Assembly (NCBI GenBank): GCA_963693365.1
Contig: CAVNZM010000012.1
Location: 7,940,001-8,004,000 of the forward strand
DNA length: 64,000 bases
Direction: 5' to 3'
DNA from: Amoebidium appalachense
Lineage: Eukaryota; Protista; Ichthyosporea
The notes below the pieces were generated by a model. That model did no database searches. It saw only the letters and a list, made by a program, of their open reading frames with translations, and was not told where the DNA came from. Within the stretch, counting starts at the first letter, position 1; every line of letters starts with the position of its first letter. The translations under genes were made by a program, and so were the position numbers. Shown here piece after piece: positions 1-64,000 of the stretch.

Positions 1-1
1 A

Positions 2-13163
<13,162 letters not shown>

Positions 13164-14289
13164 AACCCCAGATGTGAGCTGCATAAACACTGGATTCTCC
13201 CCCCCCCCCCCCCCCAAAAAAAAAAAATAAATAAATAAATAAATAAATAAATAGAAAAAGAATAATAAAAATAAGTAAGTAAATAAAACAAAATAGGAAT
13301 AAAAAGTAAAAACTAAGAATTTGTTCTTGTGATAGGTATCACCACTTGTCATACTGTGTATAGGCAACATGTAACTGTTTACATCATGTTTGGAATGCAT
13401 GTATGGACAAAAACCGAACATTTTCATTCCTCACCAGAGTAGTGTTACTAGATACGGGAAAACACAATGTCACAGTTTACGTCATTTGGGGGCGCATAAC
13501 GGCGCGCACACGCCTTTTTTTCCATAGGTTTTATAACTTCATGAGTGTGAAAACACCAACCAACACACCACGCAACACACAACACACATCTCGCAACACA
13601 GTGATGACACAACAATCGTAATAACCATTGTATGAACCTGTTGAAGAGTTTCCCAGGAGCCAATATGACAACATTATTGCACGAATGTCATAATTACTTT
13701 TCCTACTGTGGCGTTACTACAGTACACACTGAATCTGTAGTCGTGTGTTTTAGCTGCGGTAATAATTGGTGTGCACGTGCTGGTCACGTGACTGAATATA
13801 ATCCTGTATTGTCGAAAGGAAAATGAAGATGCGAGAAAACACCTTATTGTCATGCATGTGTTTATCGCAAGGCCAAGTGGATGAAGGTGGCGTCTTAGAC
13901 TAGCTATAAATAGTAAGACTTTTCTTCATGACAGAAATTAAACCCCCTTCCCCTCCTCCCCCTCCGGATCCCCCCCCCCCCCCCTCCCCCCTCCCCCCTC
14001 CCCCCCCCCTCCTCCCCTTTGCTCCACTTTGTTCAGACACATATGTGTGATCATGGTGATGTGGGTCTGATGCTACAACACATGGGCTAAACATATCTTT
14101 TCGGAGAAAAGACGGTCCGGTGCAAAGTACACACAAGCACACACATGTATACACAGCACACACACATGTCGTACACACACGTACACACACATACACATGC
14201 CACACGCGTGCAGCGCGCGCTTTCTCTACGAGGCACCATAAAGACTAAGAAAAATCAATTAGTTGGGTTCCCCGTTTTTTTTTTGTTTT

Positions 14290-14320
<31 letters not shown>

Positions 14321-14356
14321 CCGGGCTCCCCTGGGACACTCGGTATCAGCTGGTGA

Positions 14357-14429
<73 letters not shown>

Positions 14430-14431
<2 letters not shown>

Positions 14432-16325
14432 AGAATTTTGTAATGATGTGTTTCTCAAGCCAATCAATACATCTAATAAACAGGTCATAGTTACGTGTGT
14501 TTAGTATAAAATCAAGGATGTTGTAATTTTCAGGTAGGCTATCTTTCCGTATGTGTCGTGTGTGTGTTGCGATATTATGTGGTCTACTAAACTACATTTG
14601 GCGATACATGACCGTTTAAACTGGTGTGTGTGTGTTGTTTGCGCATGCAAACGATGCCACCTTATACTTATTAGATCTCCACTGTATAGCACGTGTACAG
14701 TAAAAGCGTGGTAAGTGATCAATAAAACCATCAGCTAGAGAAAGACCAATTCTACAGGAAGGTAATATGTATTTAGGTGTTACACATTTGCGAGTGCCAT
14801 ATTTGGCAATATGGTTGAGGCGGTCATTATATATAAAACGAGACACAAGGCTTAGTTTTTCAAGGTGTATGCTTTCATCAGGTCTAGTGTTGTGTGGTAT
14901 CTTTTTCCATTTGTTATATTGTGTAATTATTTTGTGATTATGTACATGTCTAATAAGTAAATGGCAGTCCAAAGTCACACGCACACTTTTGCAGGGTTTA
15001 TTTGTATTTGTGCCCGGGGAAGAAGGAGAGGGAGAGGGAAGAAAAGAGGGGAGAGGTGGGGAGGGGACAGGTCGGATAGAGAAGAGAGAGTGGGAGGGCA
15101 AATAATTCTTTAAGCGGCTTATGTGCTTATTGAATTTCAGCGCGAGATGGGATACTCTAACAGCTATTGGGACCAGACCATATATCGAGAGCGTTACAGG
15201 CCCAGGTTTACGACAGCTGTTAGATAAAAAGGAGGCAACTTCTACTTCAAGGAAATTTGCCAAGGGTTTAAGCGCTCTAGTTCTCTCTTTCTTGATCCAA
15301 GCGATGAGAAGGGGTAAATTATATTCACACGCCGGGAAGACAAAAGTACGAATAAATGTAAGTCTAATAGAAGAATGGAGGGTGTGTGTCTTTAAAAACA
15401 CTAGCCGAGAAGAAAGCTAACCGCTTACGAGCCAGCTCTACCCTCTTTTCAACCCGGATGGGAAAACATAACACAAACAGAATTAACCGGAACACCCGGT
15501 CTATTTGTATTCTGGAACTATAGGTACAGGTTTAGATGATAATGTAAATCTGTGTAAATTGTTTGCTATATCAGGTACAAGGACACCACATTTGTCTATC
15601 TTAAGGGTCATAAGGTTTGCCTTGCACCACTCCGACACTATATCGAACAATCTTTGCAGGCGTCTAGGGGTACGGGCAAGGAGGGACAGATTATCAGCAT
15701 ATTGAAGTGCAGGCGGAAAGTTATTAATAGGGTCGTCATTTTCGGCATAAATCCTGACAGCCAAATCATCTATAAATGGGTTAAACAAAAAGGGGCAGAG
15801 CAATGAACCCTGCAAGAGACCTCTAGTACGAGAAAAACCATATGAAAGGTGCCCATAAACCACAGCTCTACCATATGTTTGAGATAAGAGTACTTCTAAC
15901 AAAACACCAATGCAGTGTGGTACACCCCGTGGAGCAAGCTTTTCCCATAGGAGACCAGGGGAGACAGAATCGTAAGCAGAATCCAATCAATAAGACCAAC
16001 ATATCGTGCACCAGCTTGCATAGAATGGTGCAGTGCCATTATTTGAACATAACATGAATTGTTTTTACGAAAAGCGGATTGGCATGGGTGTATGTGAAGA
16101 ATAGATTGAAACCTAGGGTGATGTGCAAATAACCTAAGTAAGCAAGCCTCAAAGAATCTACGAACAACCTGGGTTAGTGTGATGGGACGAAAAGATGATA
16201 TGGGGCCCTCAGAATCCTTCGTAACTATGGGGATCACTAAGGTATCTAACCAAGATGATGGGACATGTCCAATTTAACACACCAAGAAAAGAGAGAGCTT
16301 AACATAATAGTAAGATCAGGTTTAA
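14430..16325 (-). mobile_element. Decayed, 5'-truncated non-LTR retrotransposon (LINE) ORF2 reverse transcriptase pseudogene
   Basis: Consecutive frameshifted - strand ORFs give GHVPSSW..VIPI.K, FRPITL, QSAFR, D..SAYDSV, GLLQGSLLCPFLFN.FIDDL, YADN (catalytic YADD mutated), KCGV, then RAIQWR and a Cys-rich C-terminus ending in TAG at 14430-14432. There are internal stops and frameshifts near 15990, 15500 and 14620. Confidence 0.9.
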
Positions 16326-16350
16326 TAGTACGATCACTTTCCTTTTGCTG

Positions 16351-16478
16351 GAGATTGTTTGGGTGATGTTCATGTGGCTGCTATAAATAGATGGGAGTGT
16401 TTGGTAGTCCGGTGGGTGTAGGGAGAGATGGGCACATAGACACACATCCATCTTCAGGCACCCAGACACAACACATAC

Positions 16479-16480
<2 letters not shown>
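16351..16480 (+). repeat. Left arm of a diverged inverted repeat pair (partner 19045-19180)
   Basis: AGATTGTTTGGGTGATGTT..TAGGGAGAGATGGGCACATAGACACACATC..CACCCAGACACA is the imperfect reverse complement of 19045-19180. Confidence 0.8.
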
Positions 16481-16564
<84 letters not shown>

Positions 16565-16656
16565 TGTGAGAAACACACAAACACAAACACACATGCAGGC
16601 ACCCTGACACAACGCATAACGACACACAACCACATACAATACAAGTGCGCGCGCGG

Positions 16657-16701
<45 letters not shown>

Positions 16702-17026
16702 ACACACACACACACACAAACCAGTACACTTACCTATATATACCCAAATACTGTGCACACACGTGCACGGTATACAGAAGCAATATGAAACCGCCACACA
16801 CATGCACACCCGCGCACACATCCATATCGATACAACATCTGAAAACGGTGGGCGGTTTATCATTTTGATTACCATTTCATTTATTAGGACCATTATATTT
16901 TATCTCTGGTGTGTGGTATGAAATGTTGTCTATGGATCTGTGGACTGGGTGCCATCGTCAGCCAATAAATTGCATTGCCTGTACACCTATTGGCTTTAGG
17001 TTCCCTCGACACTTAAAAAAATCTCT

Positions 17027-17081
<55 letters not shown>

Positions 17082-17173
17082 TTTTCCTCCCCCGGGTAGT
17101 ACACGTGGACACTACTTAGAGCCAAAAATTGGTGCCCAGGGGCTGGAAAGGGGGGGGGCTCCGGAGGGGGGGT

Positions 17174-17460
17174 TGTCTTCCCCCGGGCTCCACCCCAACA
17201 TATCTCTATCATATTGTCTTCCCCCGGGCTCCACCCCAACATATCTCTATCATATTGTCTTCCCCCGGGCTCCACCCCAACATATCTCTATCATATTGTC
17301 TTCCCCCGGGCTCCACCCCAACATATCTCTATCATATTGTCTTCCCCCGGGCTCCACCCCAACATATCTCTATCATATTGTCTTCCCCCGGGCTCCACCC
17401 CAACATATCTCTATCATATTGTCTTCCCCCGGGCTCCACCCCAACATATCTCTATCATAT
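17174..17460. repeat. 41-bp minisatellite, 7 identical copies
   Basis: Unit TGTCTTCCCCCGGGCTCCACCCCAACATATCTCTATCATAT repeated 7 times with no spacers. Confidence 0.95.
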
Positions 17461-17761
17461 GTCCGACCCCAGGCCTTCTCCTTCCTATGCTAACCCCATT
17501 CCTTTAGTAACCGCCCCCCTCACGGGGATCCCCCCTCCCCCCCCCAACAACAAAAGTGATATGTTACATTTCCTCAAAAAAGGCATCCCCCCCACCCCAC
17601 CCGGGTCCCACCCCACCCCAACACCTTCGCCCCTCAGTGTCCTCCGTGTAATATAGGCAACCACTCCCACCACTGCAAATGTTTCGTGTTCTGTTGACCT
17701 TTAACGTCAATTACAGTTTTTTTTTTGTGGGGAGGGAGAGAAGGCCCGAAAAAGGGGGGGT

Positions 17762-17792
<31 letters not shown>

Positions 17793-18325
17793 GACACAAT
17801 GATATGAAGCAAACTTGAATCATCCCCCCCCCCCCCTTCCCCCCTCCCCAAGGCCTGCCAGCGTGTTTTAGCTCCGAAGAACAACAAATTATCCCATTGC
17901 CAAATGATACCACGTTTCAAAAAGAGAGGGAGGGAGGGAGGGAGGGAGGGAGGACGGGATGGAGGGAGGCCTAGGGAGGCCTCGGAGGGAGGACGGAGAG
18001 CGGGCGGGGAGGGCGGGCGTTCGAGTCGGCGGGAGGGAGGGAGGGAGGGATGGAGGGTGGGTGGGTGGGTGGGTGGGAGGGACGGAGGGACGGAGGGACT
18101 GAGGGGAAAAGGAGAACGTCTCTGTTTTGAGTTGTTGTAGCGCACACTACCTACCCGTTTTCTAAAGGTCGGGGCCCGGAATGGGGCGTGGAGAAGGGGG
18201 TGTGAGCGTTCATGGTTGTGTGTGCGTGCAATTGTGTGCAAAGGGGGGGAGAAGGGGGTTCATGTTTTCTACTAGGTGGGAAGGGAAGCGGTGGCCCAGG
18301 TGTGAGCAGGCACTCAGCAGTGGCT

Positions 18326-18368
<43 letters not shown>

Positions 18369-18387
18369 TTTTGGTCGACAACGGACG

Positions 18388-18490
18388 AGGGGGCTTGAAC
18401 GTGAAACAGAGTGCGGCATACACAGAATCACGACCAGCAACACACTACCTGTACATATTGCAAATACACAAAGTGTATGCATGGCCCGAC
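18388..18490 (-). mobile_element. Diverged minus-strand 3' fragment of the intronic repeat family
   Basis: Reverse complement reads ATGCATACACTTTGTGTATTTGCAATATG..GTGTTGCTGGTCGTG..CACTCTGTTTCACGTTCAAGCCCCC, similar to the family 3' half. Confidence 0.5.
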
Positions 18491-18901
18491 GGCGGGCCCG
18501 GGCCGGTAATTGTGCGTGTATGTGTGTACATGTGTGTGTGTGTGTGTGCACATGGGGGAGGGGGAAGGGAAGGGGGATACATTGACGTGTTGAGGTCCAT
18601 CTAGAGCGAATACGTGTACAGGCGATTTATTTGGTTGGCTGACGGCAGGCCCCAGGCCGCATATCCATACACAAGATCCCATCCCATATACAGATTAGTT
18701 ATACTGGTCCAATTAAATGAAAGGGATATAAAAATGATAAAAACTTTGAGTCAGACAGGCCCCGCCCACCCCTCCCAGATGTTGTATCATCGATGTGGAT
18801 GTGCGCGCGAGTGTCCATGTGTGGTGGTTTCATTTTGCATCTATATAACATGTACATGTGTTAAAATGTAAATGGGTATGTCATAATATCTAGGTATAAA
18901 T

Positions 18902-19019
<118 letters not shown>

Positions 19020-19044
19020 ACACGCCTGTGTGTGTGGTGGTGTA

Positions 19045-19180
19045 CAGGTATACGTATGCGCTGTGTCTGGGTGGCTAAACAAAGATGTGTGTCCATGTGC
19101 CCATCTCTCCCTAAGCCCACAAAACATGCAAACACTCCATCTATCTACAGTAGCCACGGTAAATATCACCCAAATAATCT
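19045..19180 (-). repeat. Right arm of the inverted repeat pair (partner 16351-16480)
   Basis: Reverse complement AGATTATTTGGGTGATATTT..TAGGGAGAGATGGGCACATGGACACACATC..CACCCAGACACA. Confidence 0.8.
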
Positions 19181-20372
19181 GAATCCCAAAGCTAAATATT
19201 GAATATGGACTAATCAACGCGAGGATTGGGATTTCGGACCTATAATCTTTCATTAATTCCAAACTCCCCCTAGAGGGTATGGGGTACCAATTAAATCAAC
19301 TTTCAGTTCATGAATGGACCAATATGCAGGTGCGCCACCCCCCCCCCCCCCCCCCCGGGCTCTCCCCCACCACCACCACTACTACCACCACCCACCCTGC
19401 CCATCCACATGCGCAGACTTGGCTCTTTTTAACTTTAAACTGCTTACACTACGCTTATACCAACCCGCCACCACATTCACGGCTCACCAAACTCCTATTA
19501 TCGACGCAAAAAGACGAAAAAAGACCCCCCCTGGCCGTACGGTGCGGCACAGCAGAGTCCCCCCGACCAATATGCACATGCCCTCCCAGACATCTCTCCA
19601 CTATCGTTTTCTTTCCCGCCTTTTCTGCCTGTGGTGGTCCCTCTGCACACACACAAATAAAGGTGAGAAATCCAAAATGGGTGAGATAAAATTCTGCGCA
19701 AACCTTGGGTTGCGCCTACCGCAGAACACACGCGAAGGAAAAAGGAAGAGAAGGGGGAGGGGGGGGGGGGGATTTGAGCAAGCGAGACACACATGCACAA
19801 GGTATTACACGAGAACAGATTGAAGAGAAACTTTTTCAACCCTAAAATTGGGAATGAATAGGGAAATCCCCCCCCCCCCTTTTTTTTTTTTTTGGGAAAG
19901 GGGAGGGGGAGGGGGGGGTGCAGAGGGAGGGGATGGCTCATGTGAAAAGTGATACAAGCGAAGAACTGAATAAGACTAGAGAGAGGGGTAAGTAAGGATG
20001 TGTGTATGTTGTGTGATTCTTAGACTGAATGTTTTTGCAAGGGGGGGCGGGGGTGGAGGGGGTGGAGGAGGGGGGGTGCTCGGGTGAAGTTGCGAGTGTG
20101 AGTGTGTCAAGGAGTGAGAGAGCAAGAGAGCAAGTGAGAGAGAGAGTGTGTGTGTTTGCATGTGTGTGTGTGTGCATGTGTGTGTGTGTGTGTGTTTGTG
20201 TGCATGTGCGAGTGAGTGAGTGAGTGAGTGAGTGAGTGAGTGAGTGAGTGAGTGAGTGAGTGAGTGAGTGAGTGAGTGTGTGTGTGTGTGTGCATGTGCG
20301 AGTGAGTGAGTGTGTGTGTGTGTGTTTGTGTGTGCATGTATGTGTGCGTTGTACGTGTGTGAGCGCCCAGTG

Positions 20373-22043
20373 TCACGTATTGTGAGGGGGGAGCCGCCGG
20401 GGTGGAGGAGGAGGAGGGAGGGGGGGGGGGGGGGAGGGGGGGGGGATTTTCACCTTTTGAAGAGCTGCGATGAGAAGACTGACATTTTCATAGTGGTAGA
20501 CGTTCTTCACCTGACCGGGTTTAAGACGAGGGCACGAGGTCAGTGGCAAAAGATCGAGTGCAGGATTATTGATGGTGATTTCCGAGAGGGAGGGGTGCAA
20601 GGCTAGGCAACAACGTACGCTGGTGACACTAGGTGTGTGGCACAGTTCCAAACTAGTGAGGCTTGTGCAGTGGGAGAGTGCCGAAATGTCGCTCAGATCC
20701 GGGCAACGGGACACGAACATTTGTCTCAGTGATGTGTTTTCGCCGCCCAGGCCCGACCCTAGCGATTGGAGTTGCGATACATTTTTGAGCTGGGCTGACT
20801 CTAGGTGTGGGTATGATGTGATTTCCATGTTAATGTGGCCTGTGTCTAGGTTAGTCACTCGTAATTTTTGCAATGCCGTGAGGTGTGTCAAAACATCGCC
20901 AAATTGGGCCCAACTACAGATGTTTCTGCAACTCACATCAAGAAGCTTTAGTGATACCCCGCTGTTTTCCAAACCCAAAATCGTGTCGAGGCTCTGTTGT
21001 GACGGGATCACAAAGCTCACCTCTTTCAGTGTTGTGCATTGGAAATTAACGATAGGAATATCCAAATCGTGAGAAACCTCGACGTAAAGCTCACAAAGCG
21101 CCATGCACACAGAAAGGTTGGATATATTTGCACTGTCCGCCAAAACGTAAACATCTCGCAATTTCGGTGCAGGCGGGAGGCTTATCCGGTCGAAGTCTGC
21201 AAACTTCAATTTCTCGAGGTGAGGACAAACTATGTCTGAAAGATCGAACGAGACATTCGGACCATCCAACTCCAACACCCGCAAATTACGCCCAAGGCTC
21301 GCACTCAACGCACGGAAAGAAGTGATTGGAGCGTTGCCGTCCCTATCTTCGGAACACGACGCCCTGAAAGTAACCAATCCGTGGGCCGTCTCCATCAGAT
21401 GGTCTAAAACACCCTCCTCTTCATAGACACAGTTTTCCAACGATACACCCGTAATGCGTTCCATGTTGTACGCCTCTGTGGATGGGATGTTTGCATATTC
21501 CGCCGCGAAGTGTTTGAGTGCCGTACATTTCTCCCAAGCTTTCTGCACAAAAAATCTGTCCACAAGACTGTCAAACGGCAAATCTCTCGGCACAAAGTCC
21601 ACCTTCTTGAGACGCGTGCCCAATCCCTGCAACAGTGCCAGAAAAAACGTATCTTCGTTCATGTCTTGCTCACAAAAGTCGCTCTGCCAGGTGATGTCTA
21701 CAAGACGTGGCAAGGAGCATAGCATCTGCACTGTGCTTGCCCACCACATGTGCCCCGCCTGGCGCTCATTGGCCCACCATTCACGCGTGTCCAACTCCAC
21801 ACCACCCACGATAGGACCCCACCGCTGCAGAAATATGAAAAATGGAAAAAAGGTTTCGTGTCTGGGAGTGCATTTTTGGGTGTAGGAAAATGAAACGAGG
21901 CCCGCCTCCGGTGTTCGTGCGAGTTGGTCCAAACGTTTGCACACGCGGGTGACGGTTAGACGATCGGAGTGGGGAAGTGCGCGAATGATGAGAACAAGTA
22001 TCTCAGGGGGTAGAACGGAGAGCGGGCAAGCTGTGGGAAGGGG

Positions 22044-22134
<91 letters not shown>

Positions 22135-22276
22135 TGTGTGTGTGCGTGTGTGTGTTGCGTATGTGCCGTGGGAGGGGGAAAGGGAGGGGGGGGGGGGGGG
22201 GGGAGTTTGTGTTGGTGACCGAGGGCCTTGACTTTGTTCAACCTTTGCCAATTCTCTTACATGTAACGTGCAGCAT
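20373..22276 (-). CDS. F-box / leucine-rich-repeat protein (FBXL-like SCF substrate adaptor)
   Basis: The main exon 22030-20454 (1577 nt) encodes an F-box LSVLPPEILVLIIRALPHSDRLTVTRVCKRLDQLAR followed by LRRs (NLRVLELDG, LEKLKF, LRQMFVSRCPDLSDISALSHCTSLTSLELCHT, LTSCPRL). The acceptor CAG is at 22033-22031. A putative 16-nt first exon runs from ATG 22276 to 22261 with a GTAAGA donor. A probable donor at 20453 means the last exon is unresolved; 20373 is the unspliced stop. Confidence 0.85.
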
Positions 22277-23843
22277 ACTGCTAGGGAACTTTAGATACTA
22301 TAAAGAAGATGCATGTTCACCCTTCATAAGTGGATACTCACACATATGCATACAGAAGGAGCAACGGCAAAGGCAGAGAGAAAGACCAAACGGGGGCGCT
22401 AACACCTTTGAGACCATTCAGTTGCTTAGGAGGTTATTTGGCAGGGACTAGATGTGACGGTTGGAGGGGGGTGGGCAGAGGAGCGAAAGAGAGGTAGGAG
22501 ATGGAGAAACGGGGACGGGGAGGGGAAAGGAAGTTCCTGGAGGCGAGAAAAGGCGCAGAAGGGGAGGGAGAAGGAAGGTGGGTGAGGGAGAAAGAGGGGG
22601 GGGGGAGGGGGGGAGGGGGAAGAACGGACAGAAAGAGGGGAAGCGGGGGGAGGGGAGAAGGGAAAGGAAGAAGGATGTGCAGGGAGGAGTCACGGGTATG
22701 GAGGGTTGTAAGGGGTAGAGAGGGGAGAAGGGGAGGGGGAGACAGGTAGGGGGGATCGGAAGAGAAAAAGGGAGTAAATGGAGGGAAGAGAGGGAGAGCG
22801 TGAACCGGGGCCGGGGGGGGAGTGGGGGGGGGGAGGGAGAGAGAGAGAGAGAGAGGGAGCAAGCGAGAGAGAGAGGGGGGGAGGGGGGGGGGGGGGGGGA
22901 GGAGGAGGGGACAGAAGGAGGCAGGGAGCCATCCACACAACCGCTCTAGCTAGCCCTCAAGTTACCGCTATTTCATTCATGTGTTAAAATCAACTAAAGA
23001 GCCCAAACAGGAAAGTACCAGCATTTGGGAGACCAGAATACCCTTCTTACGCCCTTCCCTTTCTTCAACCGCAAGGTTACAAGTGTGTGGAAGAGCAACT
23101 CACCCTTGCTCGTATCCTCTGGCTGCATGGCAGGCAGCGCCAACTCTTCTCGCCTCGACATATTACACCTCCGTTACAGAACTGTGATGGGTAAGAACTT
23201 GCTGCATGAAATCTAACTCCTAGAAATCAGCACTATCAATGCAGTCGGTTTTAGTGTTAAACATGAAGGGGATCAAGAAGAAGCAAGGCCTGTGATCTTC
23301 CCGAGGCCTTGATAAGCCTTGCAATAACTGAGGCTGAACAAACAAACAAACAAACAAACAAACAAACAAAAAAGGTGTGTGTGGGTCGCACGTTTCGTCC
23401 CACAATCAAAGCAAAACATGGATTTTCCCGTTTCCTCCAATCATAAAGGTTATCTATAACCGCCTATACAAGTCCGTGATATAAACTCTGATCACCAGCC
23501 AGGACTGAAACCTAAGCACGAATCAAATTATAACGTTAAAACGTTTATACTCGCTTGAGTCACCGTTTTTTGTTGCGGGCGGGAAACTTGACCAGCTGAG
23601 GCTTCAGGAGTCAGAGAGAGAGAGAGTTCGCTTACCTGTTACGTGATCATAGGATATTGGCTCAACAACTGATCACATGCAAGCGTTCTATTCACTATAG
23701 AGAGTCAAAGTGTTGCAGTAGTAAACAAGCTGAGCACTGCTGTTACCCCCAAGTGGGGAATACAAACATGGAGTCGCTTGCATAGAGGTGATCAGATCAA
23801 CATCAGATTTGAGTTATAGGCACTCAGTGCCAGCAGTGCCAAA
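22277..23843. promoter_or_regulatory. Divergent intergenic region, candidate bidirectional promoter for F-box/LRR (-) and TRRAP (+)
   Basis: Head-to-head starts ~1.57 kb apart; 22950-23843 is nearly free of microsatellites; CAG|GTAAG on - at 23636/23635 hints at a 5' UTR exon. Inferred from gene geometry. Confidence 0.45.
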
Positions 23844-63169
<39,326 letters not shown>

Positions 63170-63207
63170 GTATGTATGTTTAACCCATTTTCGTTGCCAT
63201 CCTTAAC

Positions 63208-63253
<46 letters not shown>

Positions 63254-63386
63254 GAACTAAACCCCAAATTCCCGGGTTTCTATGTGTAGGGTTATTTATC
63301 TTTCGCACGTGGTCATGGCAGATATGCACATGTATGTGCATGTAGACATACAAAGGGTATGTACACAGGAACGAATGAGAGCGCGC

Positions 63387-63511
<125 letters not shown>

Positions 63512-64000
63512 TACACGCCCGTGCTAACACGAGTTACCCTCAGACACTGCTGCAAAAGATACTCTCTGTGTATCCACTCGGCCGCCACAAAAGGGCACCC
63601 CACCTCCCACCGGTTCCCCAGCCACTCGCACAGTCCCTCTGTATTTTTCCACCCTCCACCCTCCCCCCCCCCCCCCCCCCCTCCCTCCCCCCCTCCCGCA
63701 AACACGCACATGCACACGCACACGCACACGCACACTGCGCGCGCGCACACACAGACACATGTACACACGCACACGCACACAAACATGCACACACACACAC
63801 ACACACATGCAGGCACACATTCACTCACTCACCCACACATGCACACACCCATATTCGCTCACATACACATCCACGTGTGTCTGCACACACACACACGAAA
63901 GAGAGAGAAAGAAAGAGGGGGGGGGGGGGGGGGGAGGGAGTGAGAGAGGAAGAGAGATGGATTAATGGGTGGGAGAGGGGGGAGGGGGGGGGAGGGGGGG

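Noticed and set aside
15501-16237. Retron, group II intron or other functional stand-alone RT
   Set aside because: The motifs and C-terminal extension fit LINE ORF2; YADD is mutated to YADN and the frame is broken several times.
17174-17460. CRISPR-like array
   Set aside because: Units are identical and contiguous with no unique spacers, there are no cas genes, and the context is eukaryotic.

Overview
Eukaryotic, very intron-rich genomic DNA full of poly-C/G runs and (CA)n/(GT)n/(GA)n microsatellites; almost all ORF-track entries are translations of simple repeats. The source is probably a non-animal opisthokont such as a unicellular holozoan (inference from protein style and intron density only). 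Manual GT-AG splicing gives three genes. (1) The last 15 exons of a + strand Bub2/Cdc16-like TBC GAP (<2..13163), with a ~140-aa insert between its R- and Q-fingers. (2) A - strand F-box/LRR gene carried almost entirely by one 1577-bp exon (~20.4-22.3 kb). (3) Head-to-head with it, TRRAP/Tra1 on + (ATG 23844; 54 phase-compatible exons, ~2215 aa in the window, continuing past its end). A decayed 5'-truncated LINE lies at 14.4-16.3 kb and a LINE 3' tip at 2.3-2.6 kb. The most interesting signal is a ~190-300 bp, mostly intronic repeat family (about 13 copies or fragments, nearly all sense to the host gene, ending in poly-C). Its 5' end folds like a degenerate minimal type I hammerhead ribozyme, suggesting a Penelope-derived or retrozyme-like element. 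Other signals are an apparent C-run/A-rich splicing code and degenerate 'echo' duplications of splice junctions whose decoy GT or AG is sometimes knocked out.
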